From: Eledone cirrhosa
Lineage: Eukaryota
DNA: 64,000 nucleotides
Assembly: GCA_964016885.1 (NCBI GenBank)
Contig: OZ024745.1
Span: 89,962,001-90,026,000, forward strand
Direction: 5' to 3'
Shown here: in pieces, positions 1 to 12,413 of the stretch
How the letters are laid out: the number at the start of each line of letters is the position of its first letter
Position numbering within the stretch: position 1 is the stretch's first letter
The notes under the pieces: generated by a model
Told to the model about the DNA's origin: nothing
Database searches by the model: none
The model's input: the letters and a program-made list of their open reading frames with translations, nothing else
Position numbers and translations under genes: made by a program

Positions 1-1495
1 TCGTTTCGTTTCCTTGAAAACTCGTATGACTCTAAAACCCGGTCCGCCTGTGTGGTTACATACAGACTAGCTGCCTAAATGAAAAATTTACCATTATCTC
101 TAATCTAGATTCTATAATAAATAGACGTACAGATTTGTTTTCTATCTGCCTGCATAAATTCCATAGGACTTTTCACAAAGTATACAGCTAATATTCAATT
201 CTTTATCAATTTAGAATCTTTTCTCAAAGGCACATATACACACACCTCTTTAAATTATACCCATCTTCCTACCTTACTTCAAAGGGCATTATACACTCTA
301 TAATACTTGTTTACTCATTACCCTCATTCTATCTTCACCTTGTAAAATCCTTCATAACATATACATTTGTTTTTTTGACGTTAGAATATTCATCCGCAAT
401 TATTATTTTTTTCTCTCCATCATCAAACTTTTTAATCTCAATACATTAACTCTCTCTCCTTCTTTTGACGCTAGAATATTCATTCTTAATACATATTAAC
501 TCTTTCTTCGCACATATTATCAATTCCTTCAATATACAAACCTTAACTTCACATTATTTTTCTCAAATCATCTAATACACAAACCTTAATAATATTTTAA
601 TACATATTAACTCTTTCTTCGCACATATTATCAATTCCTTCAATATACAAACTTTAACTTCACATTATTTTTCTCAAATCCTTCAACACGCAAACCTTAA
701 TCATTTTTTCTCTTCATTAATTTTGAAATTGCCATAATACTTATAAACATACACCTTTTTGACGTTAGAATATTCATCCGCAATTATTATTTTTTCTCTC
801 TATCTTCAAAATTTTTAATCTCAATACATATCAACTCCCTCTCTTTCCTCGTACATATTTTTTCCCTTCGTTAATTTTCAAATTCTTTTAATTTATACAT
901 TATCTTCCAACGGTTCTCAACCTCTCTATGTAAAACAATATATCTTTTCTCAGTTATAAAAACTATCTCTTTCTCTCTATCACCCATCTCTCCCTCTCCA
1001 CCTTCACTCTCATCTCCTCCCCTTTTTTCATCCTTTCCACCACCCCTCTCTAAATAAAATTTTTTTTTTTTTTTTTCCTCGTACATATTTTTCCCTTCGT
1101 TAATTTTAAAATTCTTTTAATTTATACATTATCTTCCAACGGTTTTCAACCTCTCTATGTAAAACAATATATCTTCTCTCAGTTATAAAAACTATCTCTT
1201 TCTCTCTATCACCCATCTCTCCCTCTCCACATTCACTCTCATCTCCTCCCCTTTTTTTAATCCTTTCCACCCCCCCCCCTCTCTAAATAAAATATTTTTC
1301 CCAATATCACACATCAATCTAAAACTACTTTTCAAATGTTGATTTAAAACTGCACTATCCACAAGTGTTTTTTAGCCTTCATATCATGTTCTCCTGTTTT
1401 ATCTGATGAAAACACAAATATTATTGCATGATGATGTTTGTTTTTGAAATGCGCATAATAAAATACATGGAACTCCTTTAACCATCTTTTGATCT
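1..1495 (+). mobile_element. 3' end of a Naiad-type Penelope-like element: GIY-YIG C-terminus, pyrimidine-rich tail with internal tandem duplications, pLTR with HHR
   Basis: 72-191 translates CLNEKFTIISNLDSIINRRTDLFSICLHK...*, matching the C-x2-EK...N-x-R-x-D/E-L...C-x-H pattern. Duplications at about 846-1080 and 1075-1295. Ends in HHR + AATAAA + (AT)n. Confidence 0.7.
1395..1465 (+). ncRNA. Type I hammerhead ribozyme motif (PLE pLTR)
   Basis: tgttttat-CTGATGA-aaacacaaa...tttgttttt-GAAA-T-gcgc-A-TA-ataaaata; palindromic stem III ATGCGCAT. Confidence 0.75.
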
Positions 1496-1821
1496 TATAT
1501 ATTATATACATATATATATATATGTATATAGTGGTAGAACACTGGAAGGTAATGACCGTTGTAGTAGAGCACTCAGTCCATGGGACGAGTTAGGTAGAAG
1601 TGGTTACACAACAGTTAGTTCAACATACCAAGATCAATTGTTTCACCTTAGCGGATCCGCAGCTCGTAATATGTATATATATATATATATATATACGTGT
1701 TTTTCTAAGATGTCCATTGATAATGGTTGGTTTCTTTTGCTCATCGTATAAACATATACGACATATTTTATAAATTTTATTCGTACATACATACGTACAT
1801 ACGTGCATACGTACGTACATA

Positions 1822-2232
1822 CATGGTGGCTGCCAACTCGTTTTCGAGTACGGCCACTACTTTATATCCATGTAGGAGAACCCCTACGATGCGCTGAACA
1901 AGTGTGACATTTTAGTCCAGCCAGCGACTTGAAAACTCTGGTACAAACACTACACTCGTGACAATTATTGACACATAGTGCTGGGCCCATGGTACCATGT
2001 GACGACAAGTGCAGAGAGATCTCCTGATATAAAGCAATGCCTGTGCCGTGAAGCTTTTATAGTGAGCAAAGGCACTGCACATAGCCAGTCCCACTCTCTT
2101 AACCAAGATGATATTTACCAAAAAGAAGAACAAGTCAACATCATTGGATACCATCAGGGTTGCAGGTGTTATATCAGAGTTTTCCTTCTCCTAGAATTCT
2201 GCCTTGACAAAGGCTAAGGGGTCATCTCTCCC
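1822..2232 (-). mobile_element. Non-autonomous ~410-bp retroposon with an RTE-like 5' region (second copy at 45481-45890)
   Basis: Near-identical to 45481-45890 in reverse. Begins gggagagatgaccccttagcc...ctaggagaaggaaaactctga, which resembles RTE-clade 5' UTR motifs from recall. Flanked by microsatellites. Confidence 0.55.
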
Positions 2233-2237
2233 GGACG

Positions 2238-2411
2238 TATACATACATACATACATACATACATACATACATACATACATACATACATACATACATACAT
2301 ACATACATACATACGTACGTACATACGTACATACATACATACATACATACATACATACATACATACATACATACATACATACATACATACATACATACAT
2401 ACATACATACA

Positions 2412-2440
<29 letters not shown>
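2238..2440. repeat. (TACA)n microsatellite
   Basis: Directly visible tandem ATAC run. Confidence 0.98.
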
Positions 2441-2443
<3 letters not shown>

Positions 2444-3712
2444 GACCGCCTTTACTTGAAACGTAAGCAGGGAGGCAGAGGCCTAACATCAGTGCAGACA
2501 GCATTTGAATGTCGCATCATATCTCTCCGACAACATCTACGAACCTCGAAGCGTAGGAGCCCGTCTCTCGAGCAAGTCTATCTGCATGAAACAGATAAGA
2601 TCATGAGAGTTGGGAAGGAACTCCTCGAGAGATATTCCCTGTGTGATAATCAAAAACTCACACCCAGGGAAGTCGCTCAGCAGTATCGCATGCTTATCAG
2701 CAGAAGATCATGCATGGATATGTTGCCAGAAAGCTCCAGAGTGAGAGTAATATAGATAAGGAAAGTAGTCTATCTTGGACAAACAACAGCTATATTGGCT
2801 CCCACTTTGATGGATACGCTTTTGCAATCCAAGAACAGGAGATTAACACGAAATACCTGATTCACAAAAGAGATAGGGATGTAGGCAAATCACCTAGATG
2901 TGATAACAAGTGCAGACTCCGGAGAACTAACATCGAGGATATCACCTATGTCATAAGCAGCGGTCAAAAGATGTCATCGCGGTACTATCTACCTATGAGG
3001 AATGATGTAGTGGCCAAAACACTGTACAATGCAATTCGTAAAAAAGATAGCCCCGATAATAAACACAGTAAAAGCGACAGCAATGTGGAAGACATCCATG
3101 TACATAATATGAAAGAGTACTGGCGGAATGTTCCAGTAAAAACCCCAATAAAATGCAGGCATAACAGACCAGATATTATTATATGGGACAGGGTGAGGAA
3201 AGCATGCACAGTAGTGGAAGTTAGCTGTCCAGCAGATGGCAATATAATATCAAAGATTAGCGAAAAGGAGAATATTTATTCAGAACTGTTGAGAAATCTG
3301 CAGATACTCCACCCTGATTACACCTTCAGATTTATGCCAGTGATTATTGGGGCACTGGGGTATGTTAGTAACTGCCTCAATACAAATCTTCAGAAGCTAG
3401 GCTTCACAGGAACAGAAAGCACACAACTAGTTAGGAAATTACAAGTACAATCCAGTAAAAATATATAGAACATTCCCAAAACTTTGCATCTAATAACTGC
3501 ATATACACATGTACAGATACAAAGCATATACACATGGACACATACAACTCAAAACATCCACATCCACACATACAATAACATCCATATCTACACATGCATG
3601 CATACATAATCTACCTAGTTGTGGTTGTGTAAATTCCAATGAGAGAGTCTTGTGTCTATGTTAGAAACCGACTCAATTGGGAAAAAATTGTGAAATTATA
3701 AAACCTGAAGAA
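2438..3712 (+). mobile_element. 5'-truncated R4/Dong-clade non-LTR retrotransposon (RLE type), degraded
   Basis: IDRLYLKRKQGGRGL (post-RT motif), FAIQEQEINT, a decayed CCHC knuckle (CRLR...EDITYVISSG), RND, and the HNRPDIII...VVEVSCP...K...Y restriction-like endonuclease ending VIIGALG. Frameshift near 2700. Flanked on both sides by TACA repeats. Confidence 0.85.
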
Positions 3713-3860
3713 CATACATACATTCATACGTACATACATACATAAATGCGTAAATTCATACATATATAGATGACGAAAGGGCATTTCCATTATCTGAACA
3801 ACTGGAATATTCGATGCAGTAAAATGCTAACAGGTTTTTAAATTATATCGCCGCCCCTGC

Positions 3861-3928
3861 CTTCTTCTTCTTCTTCTTCTTCTTCTTCTTCTTCTTCTTC
3901 TTCTTCTTCTTCTTCTTCTTCTTCTTCC
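3861..3928. repeat. (CTT)n microsatellite
   Basis: Directly visible. Confidence 0.97.
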
Positions 3929-3966
3929 TGAGGTGAAAAAATAACTTTTGTCTTCTGATATTTTAC

Positions 3967-4330
3967 GATGCTAGTTATAGCCAGACACATAAAGCTAAAA
4001 CTAGCGAGGCAATCGGGGCTTTAGTTGAGCGATGCCGATGCTAGTTCTAGTCAGACACACGAAGCTAGAACTAGCGAGGCGAGAGGGGCTTGAGCCTAGT
4101 GATGCTGATGCTAGTTCTAGCCAGACACACAAATTTAGAACTAGCGAGGAAGCTATAGCCATAGAGTCACAGCGCTAGAGCTTCGAAGGCGAGCGGTGCT
4201 TTATGCCCAGCGAAGCCAAAGGAAGTTATAAATACGGAGGAGCCACTGCTAGAGCTTCCAAGGCGAACGAGGTTTTATGCCCAGCGAAGCCAAAGGAAAC
4301 TATAGCCATAGAGCCACAGTTACAGCTTCT
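3967..4330. repeat. Compound minisatellite: ~70-bp unit x~2.6 followed by ~73-bp unit x~2.5
   Basis: gatgctagtt(a/c)tag(c/t)cagacac recurs at 3967, 4037 and 4107; tttatgcccagcgaagccaaagga recurs at about 4200 and 4275. Confidence 0.8.
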
Positions 4331-4720
4331 AATACGAGTGGGGTTTCTTCCACATTCTACCTTCTTCTAGTTGGCAAAACAAGAAGAAATCTCCTTCCAT
4401 CGGGCGTGAAGTGATTGAATTTTGAACGGTCTTTGTCATTTAAAATAAGCAGTTAAACAATTATGTAACCAGCAGTTGTACCATTCAACGACCGTGACTG
4501 TTCAGATTTTAATACATCTTAATGTTATATTATAAAATTTATCTTTGGAATCTTTATGGTCTTACCTACTTTACAGTTACGTATGGATTTACTTAAATAT
4601 TTTACATCGTTCGATACTGGGTTAGGTTTTAAAGACTAATATTTACTTTTATTTATTTAATTATGTTCATGTTTATTAGTACAAATTACTCATTTTCTCT
4701 CTCTCTCTCTCTCTCTCTCT

Positions 4721-4783
<63 letters not shown>

Positions 4784-5057
4784 TTTACGTATACACCAAT
4801 TAAATAAAGTCACATATATATATATGTGTTTTGTCAACCATTCACGATGTGGCTCAATAAAGAATTAATAAATTAAATAATCAGAGCAAAATACTATAAA
4901 GTAAAGTAAGTCCATAGAATTATTTGATAATATATATACATCATTTCTTCTCCCAATTAGCATAATTAACCACACAAAAATCAATTAGACCAGGCTATAA
5001 GATTCAAAAGGCACCTATGAAGAAACAGTAAATAAATATACATATATATATATATAT

Positions 5058-5471
5058 TTAAAAGAATAGAGGTGTAACACACAAGTTATGATATATTGGT
5101 AAACGGAAAAGAAAATGCTGACAAATTGTTCACAGTGAAAAATAGTTTAATTAGGAATAAGTGAGAATTAGTAATAGTATTGGTTATTATTCAGATTTGG
5201 TTTTAAGTTTTACCGGTTGCGCATTTCTAATGCTTTTCAAAAATAATTTTGAGATAGAGCGTCCGTCATGTTTGCGCTAATCTCTAATGATTAGAGCAAA
5301 CATCACGGACGCTCTATCTCAAAATTATTTTTGAAAAGCATTAGAAATGCGCAACCGGTAAAACTTAAAACCAAAACTGAATACTAACCAATACTATTAC
5401 TAATTCTCACTTATTCCTAATTAAACTATTTTTCACTGGGAACAATTTGTCAGCATTTTCTTTCCCGTTTA

Positions 5472-5480
<9 letters not shown>
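5058..5480. mobile_element. Head-to-head inverted pair of Neptune-type PLE pLTR ends (near-perfect ~390-bp palindrome) with variant HHRs
   Basis: 5091-5282 is the reverse complement of 5289-5480. The same sequence caps the Neptune-type fragment at 24278-24730. HHR-like motif TTGAAAA-gcatt/aatgc-GCAA-CCGG-TA at 5328-5363(+) and 5208-5243(-). Confidence 0.75.
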
Positions 5481-5504
<24 letters not shown>

Positions 5505-5508
<4 letters not shown>

Positions 5509-6236
5509 TGGATTCCAGATATAAGGTATGGCTCTCTTTATTATTATTTTTTTTTATATGAAATACTGATTGATCTTCCTTATATCCCATGTCTGATTTA
5601 GCCTTAGAGAATAGCTATGTGTATATATGGGTGATCCATGCATATATTTATTATGTTTTAATATCTCTGTGTGTGAATTAGTTGTGTATACATGTGGTTA
5701 TTCTTTTAAATTTCCAATTGAGTTCTTATACACGTGGTTAATACCTAACAGGTTTAATTGACCAGCGTGTATATTGTTTTAATATAAGATTACCTCCCTT
5801 TACCCTTTTGGGGGCAGCGTGTATTTTTTCTTTGAGAGAACTGCTGGATTCTAATCTACCAGTCTCTTCTTAGCGCTGAGGGAGACCATCACCATTCTGT
5901 TAATGTCGATATAATTCTTATTGACTGGGCATCCACTGATGAGTTTATAAGAGCCCGCTTGTGTATAAAACTATGGATTTTATACAAGTTTCTACATAAC
6001 CTGTAAATTATTTATCCCAAATTGTAGAAATCTTATAACGAAACGGGCGTCTGGAAGAAATGAGATATTTATTTAATAATGTCTCATATAAAATAATACA
6101 ACCAATTATCCACGAAATACTGATTAGTTAGCACCCCAAACACTAAACTGGGATAATACTTCAGTATATCCTAATGTTTGTTGAGTGAGATGGAGTTGGT
6201 CGGAGTATCGCTTAAGGCTTTCTCTGTTTATGTATT
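5505..6236 (+). mobile_element. Non-coding HHR-containing retroelement (retrozyme-like or solo pLTR), branched-stem-II family
   Basis: Homologous to 20803-21265(-) and 37495-38350(+). No ORF, flanked by (AT)n, contains an HHR at 5932-6055. Confidence 0.65.
5932..6055 (+). ncRNA. Type I hammerhead ribozyme with branched stem II insertion
   Basis: tcca-CTGATGA-g(t)ttataaga...[two internal hairpins]...tcttataac-GAAAC-gggc-GTC-tgga. Confidence 0.8.
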
Positions 6237-6239
6237 GTG

Positions 6240-6272
<33 letters not shown>

Positions 6273-6284
6273 CTGTGTGTGTGT

Positions 6285-6856
<572 letters not shown>

Positions 6857-6884
6857 TGAGAGAGAGAATATATATATATATATG

Positions 6885-7243
6885 TAAAAGTTCTATTTAA
6901 ATTGTTGGGATGCAACAAGCAAATATTTTTATAACTGATATAAAGCATTCAACAAATAATTGGAGTAAAAATACGCTATTAACAAATGGAGAATATATTT
7001 ATAAAACCATATTTATTTCATTATACATATTTCAAGGACACCAAGTTAAATTATGGTGTGCTTTCATCAGATAAAATATAATATAGAGCAGTTTTATAAA
7101 TAAATATTGACATACCCTTAAAGAATGTAACCATTACTGTTGGAAGCTCCCGGATAGTGGGGTTATATATAACTTGGTGTCCTTGAAATATGTATAATGA
7201 AATAAATATGGTTTTATAAATATAGTTTCCATTTGTTAATATC

Positions 7244-7246
<3 letters not shown>
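6885..7246 (-). mobile_element. Naiad-family pLTR end (minus, HHR at 7014-7078) plus an inverted partial copy (7171-7246)
   Basis: Reverse complement reads tattttat-CTGATGA-aagcacacca/tggtgtcctt-GAAA-T-atgt-A-TA-atgaaata. Near-identical to 49198-49455. Confidence 0.8.
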
Positions 7247-7291
<45 letters not shown>

Positions 7292-7296
<5 letters not shown>

Positions 7297-7471
7297 AACA
7301 AGTAAGACCCCGACGGCTGAGCTCAAGCCGTTTCGACGGCTAATTCTGTCGAAACGGCTTGAGCTCAGCCGTCGGGGTCTTACTTGTTCCTATTACCCAC
7401 TCTACTACCCTAAGTATTGAGTACTTTGGTGCGTTATGGTCCACCTGGTTCCTTACCACATTTCCTTCGTT
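7292..7471 (+). mobile_element. Small palindromic element carrying the 3' half of an HHR (family at 7292, 10318, 11590, 12220, 29435, 29837, 30507)
   Basis: taggaacaagtaagaccccgacggctgagctcaagccgtttcgac is inverted against gtcGAAACGGCttgagctcaGCCGTCggggtcttacttgttccta, followed by a shared ~80-bp tail. Embedded in (AT)n. Confidence 0.75.
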
Positions 7472-9094
7472 ATATATATATATATGTGTGTGAGTATAAA
7501 GAAAATGCCCAAGCGCAGAAATGCTATAAAGATAGCTTATAAAATAGGGTGAAGACCCTTAAAAGACGGGAAAAGAATTTGCCAACGACCGGTATGAGCA
7601 ATTGAAGCCCATATTAGTGACTGTGTTGTGTTATGTTTTGTAACTAGTGTACATTAACTGTATTTGTATATTTGTAACTAGTGTATAGTATCTATATGTT
7701 TCTATTAACATTGTAGTCTGCTATATTTGTGACTAGTGTATGGTATCTATATGTTTCTATTAACATTGTAGTCTGCTATGAATATAATTTCTATCATTAG
7801 TCATATAGTTTTGTGGGGAATTGTACCACTTAAATACAAATATTTTTCCAATTTAGTGTTGTTTTGTGTTGTGTAATACATCACATAGCAATTGATCCTT
7901 GTGGTAAGTGCAGAAGTAAGCTGACAGGGGAGTGTCATATTTTATCGTCAATATATCAGTTGTAGACTTCACCTCAGTTGTTATATTCGCCATGCAAGTA
8001 AGACTTTTGTTATTGCTATTAAAAAATAAGTTAATTTTCTATGCATGAATTACTGTCCATTCTAAGCCAGGACTTCACAATATTTGAAAGGCCACGTGCT
8101 GTTTAACGAATTTGAATAATAGTACCGCTAGGCCGAAAGAGGTCTAAACTTTCTGGTGCTAGATTGAAAATAAAAGAGAACTATTATAATTTATTTATTG
8201 TTATCATCTCTGCACATCCATATTTTCTACCACGCCAACACCTTTCACCCCTCCGGGGTCGTTAAAATGAATTTATGTTTCTGGACCAACGAAGAAAGGA
8301 AAATAGTGAAGCAGAATATCCAACCAAGCTCATTGATGTTATCCAACTATTTTGCTCAGGGTCTACGCCTCGTAAAATCTGTCCAGTGATTCTTTCCTTG
8401 GACATTCTAACTACATGCTCATAGTATCAAAGCTGTGGTCTCTCAATTCGGAGAAGTAGCGGCTCTACTTGGAATGACTCTCTGATTTCCGAGCTACACT
8501 ATCAACAACTTTGTTGGTCATATTTCAAATGCTATTGAGATCAATGATTCATTTTATCTTCATTTTGTGTTTATTTAAGGGATGTTAAGTTGATGGAAAG
8601 AGTTGTTGCCTCTTTTGTTCAGATTCTTTACAATAGGTGAGTTATATAATTTCTTATTTCTTTGTTCATATTTCATTGTAATCAAATATATCTTCCTTCA
8701 TTGTTATATCGATAACATTGATAAAATAAATGCGTGTATTATACTGAATTAGATTTAACCAAATATATTCTCATATAGAAATGAAGTTGTTAGTTTCTTA
8801 TTGAGATACACATACGTTACATTATTACAATCTCTGTCAGTTTCTGGTGTTTTTATAGGATATTTGAAAGATGGAGGTGATGTGTAGAAATACGGAGATT
8901 TATAGATCACCTTTATTTATATAAAATATTTATTTCCATTTTGCTTCGATATACATATTCGCTCTCTTCTAACATTTAAACAATAAAGTAATTTAAAGAT
9001 GTCTGGTTCTTTGTGTTTGAATTCATATTCAATTTATTGCATTTAGATACAACTAGCTGAGCTACCCGGAGATTCCTGGCTATTTTATTAAAGT

Positions 9095-9126
<32 letters not shown>

Positions 9127-9594
9127 ACACATATTACAAAAATATTTGACCATTGAAATATGATTGCTGAATTTTAACTAAAGTGGGAATTAGTGCAGTA
9201 TATGTATTGCTGTTTGTTCAAAGCAAATCATGTAGATATAAATATCATTAGATTTTTGTAGTGGTGATTTGTTTAATATTATTCCCTAGTACAGTCAGCA
9301 TATATAATGCTTCGCACTTGGAAGAATCATTAGGTGTGTTGTCAGTGAAAATGGCATGTCCAAAAAAATACATTTAGATTTATTTATCCTTTTTTTTTAG
9401 CACAATCAGAACCTCTGAAATTCAAACATGTAAAGGCTATTTTTAAAAGCATTAAACAAATAAAAGCCTCTGGATAAACAACATTCTTGGTTTTGCCCTG
9501 TGGTGTTACAATGAAGAGACAATCAAGGTTTCAACTTTTGTTGTACCAACATAGAGCTGACCATGTGAAAAGACAGGATCTGCCAGGTTCAACC

Positions 9595-9758
9595 CAAACC
9601 CTAAACCTAACCCTAGCATTAACCCTAAATGAAACCCTAACCCTAACCCTAACCTTAACCCTAACACTAACCATACTCCTCAACTTAACCCTGACCCTAA
9701 CCCTAAACCTAACCCTAAACCTAACCCTAACCATATCCCTAACCCGAACCCAAACCCG
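9595..9758. repeat. Degenerate (TAACCC)n interstitial telomeric-like repeat
   Basis: ccctaaccctaaccttaacc... variants. Confidence 0.85.
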
Positions 9759-10317
9759 GATTCATCCAAGCAACAGCATATTCAGTCCTGCTGTACATAT
9801 GTACTACATGGACACTCACTATGTGACTCGAGAAGAAACCTGATCGGGCGTACAGAAGAATAACAAGAAAGCAAATTTACGGCCTCATCCCATCCGAAAG
9901 AGATGAACCTGAATTACAGGCCACTGCTGGAGAGGAAAGGAAGAAATTGACTATTAACATCTCGTCATGTTTAGTGTAAAACCAAAGAAATAGAATTTTG
10001 GCTAAAAAATTTATAAAGTGAGAGAAAAATTTAAGTTTGATTGCTGATCGTCTAAATTGTTGACACAGTTCTAAGGTAATTTAACGTTATTTTGTTATTT
10101 ATCTATCTAGGTTTTATTTAGTCCAAAGTTAATACACATTCTTTGATTCTAGAATACGTGTAGAGTTAGTATTTGTGGTTGATATGTTTCTTTCATCGAC
10201 GTTTGTTATCTCTTGACATTGTTGAAATCATCTTACAGAAGAACTTACCGAGAGTTCCAACATGGCTAACTTTTTAATCTTTCATAAATATATCTATTTA
10301 ATTCTATATTATAAAAA

Positions 10318-10520
10318 GACGGGACCAGACGGCTGAGCTCTTGTCGTTTCAACTATAAGTTCCAGACTGGAACTAGCTGTTGAAATAGCAAGAACTCAGC
10401 AGTCGGGTCCCGACTATATATAATATAGCTATACTCTACTACCCCATTCTGTTGAGTAATGGTGTAACTAGTTTTAAACTGGTTCTCTCCTGATATATTC
10501 AATTCTATATTATAATTGAA
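10318..10520. mobile_element. Diverged palindromic half-HHR element
   Basis: gggaccagacggctgagctcttgtcgtttcaac is inverted against gttgaaatagcaagaactcagcagtcgggtccc; tail includes actctactacccc. Confidence 0.55.
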
Positions 10521-10736
10521 AGCTTTCTCTGAAATAACGATTTCTAACATACATAGACGTTTGTGTATTGTCTATTAGATTGAGGCCTGTAAATGCCTTG
10601 TACTTTTCTTGGAGATCCAGAAAGCTTACGTGTCTTACGTTGATCTCGACACGATTTGAGGTGAGAATGCAAATAAATATACTCAAATTTAGCAAGGTAT
10701 TAAGTCTGACCTTCTTATTTTGACATAAAAATAATT

Positions 10737-10915
10737 GTTTCTATTTTTGACAAAAGGCCAGCAATTAAATCAGCGCATTACGGGTACTTTGTTTTCTCGA
10801 CCACGTAAGGATGAAAGGCAAAGTTAACCTCGGCGGGCTTTGAACTCAGACCGTAAAGGGCCATAACTCTATGCTGCAAAGCATGGTGTCCGACGCTCTA
10901 CCGACTCTGCCAATC
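10737..10915 (-). mobile_element. tRNA-derived SINE (octopus-type; central domain resembles the Meta-SINE core from recall)
   Basis: Reverse complement has A box TGGCAGAGTCGG, B-box-like GTTCAAAGCC, then GGTTAACTTTGCCTTTCATCCTT core. Seven copies of this family in the window. Confidence 0.85.
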
Positions 10916-11541
10916 ATGAAAATAATGTATATACGATTGCGTTAATTTGGCATGAGTTGTAATTACCAAATCTATTCCGACAGATCGAGCTAATTTATTC
11001 TAAGTATTAAATCGTGATATTTCGATTCTTTATATTATCTCAACAGGATATAGCCCCCATATTATTTTAAAATGCCATCAACTCATCTATGCGAGAACGT
11101 TATTTCCAGAAACGTTTCGTTCGCTGATCATTTTTGACTTATATCTCTTCCTTGTTGTTTTTAGATTTTCAACAACATCTAGAGGGAGTTTATTTACTAA
11201 TTAAAAGGATAATTTCAGCTAATTAAAGTATTTTAAATCCCTCCATAACATACATGAGAAATTACACTATGTGTATTTAGTAAGTAGAACTCTCCTTATT
11301 GTTAATATTCATAATCAGTGTCACTATACTCCTTCTATTTCTATCAATATATTAATAGTTCACAAAGGAAATATTTCAGCATAATATTAAAGAGAATAAT
11401 CACTCCTATTTTCATCGTGTTTATTTCCCAAAGTTTCTCTCTAGTGTAGACTCACACTAGAAGTTCCATGAATAATACCAGTTAATGGAAGTATTTCAAC
11501 TCACTGTATTTCTTATGTCAGGGATAACTCGACTATATTGA

Positions 11542-11591
<50 letters not shown>

Positions 11592-11660
11592 TAGCTGTCG
11601 AAACGGCCGGAGCTCAGCCGTCGGGGTCTTGACCCGTTTCCTATATATATATATATATGT

Positions 11661-12117
11661 ATATAATAAATGTAATCTCAGTTTTTCGAATATTAATAAC
11701 ATTCGATTCGTTTGCAATTATGCAAACAACCCTCATCTGTATCGCTGTGTCAGTAGAATGAACCCTTCAGTCTGTTTACATGCCAACACAAGAGCAAGAA
11801 TGAAGGGTTCATTCTACTGACATGGCTATAAAAACGAGGCTTGTTTGCATAATTTAAAACAAATCGAATGTTATTATTAATATTCGAAAGGGGGCGGTGG
11901 ATTGGCAGTATCGGTAGAGGGTCGGACACTATGCTTTGACGCATAGAGTTACGCCCCTTGCCATTCTGAGTTCAAATCGCGCCAAGGTTAACTTTGCCTT
12001 TCATCCTTACGGGGTCAATAAAATAAAGTAACAGTTATGTAGTGGGTAATTGCTGGCCTTGTGCCAAAAGTAGAAACAATTATTAATATTCGAAAAACTC
12101 AGATTATATTTATTGTA
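11661..12117. mobile_element. Foldback/MITE-like element (~105-bp inverted arms) interrupted by a SINE
   Basis: 11661-11769 (...gtcagtagaatgaacccttca) is inverted against 11801-11889 plus 12096-12117. Confidence 0.7.
11890..12078 (+). mobile_element. tRNA-derived SINE with a 17-bp target-site duplication
   Basis: ggcggtggattggcagtatcggtaga...gagttcaaatc...gcctttcatccttacggggtc. ATTATTAATATTCGAAA occurs at 11873-11889 and 12079-12095. Confidence 0.9.
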
Positions 12118-12152
12118 TTCAGCAATGTAGAGTGAAAATTTTCTTTTTTTAT

Positions 12153-12219
<67 letters not shown>

Positions 12220-12222
<3 letters not shown>

Positions 12223-12413
12223 CGAAGGAAATGTGGTAAGGAACCAGGTGGACCATAACGCACCAAAGTACTCAATACTTGGGGTAGTAGAGTGGGTAAT
12301 AGGAACCGGTAAGACCCCGACGGCTGAGCTCAAGCCGTTTCGACGGCTAATTCTGGACGGAATAAGCCGTCGAAACGGCTTGAGCTCAGCCGTCGGGGTC
12401 TTACCGGTTCCTA
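12220..12413 (-). mobile_element. Small palindromic half-HHR element
   Basis: Reverse complement of the 7292-7471 family, with a different inversion junction; flanked by (AT)n. Confidence 0.75.

Noticed and set aside
9487-9843. LTLTLN-rich 118-aa ORF
   Set aside because: Translation of a degenerate telomeric hexamer array.
11890-11985. tRNA gene
   Set aside because: The A/B boxes belong to a multi-copy SINE head with a TSD; no cloverleaf.
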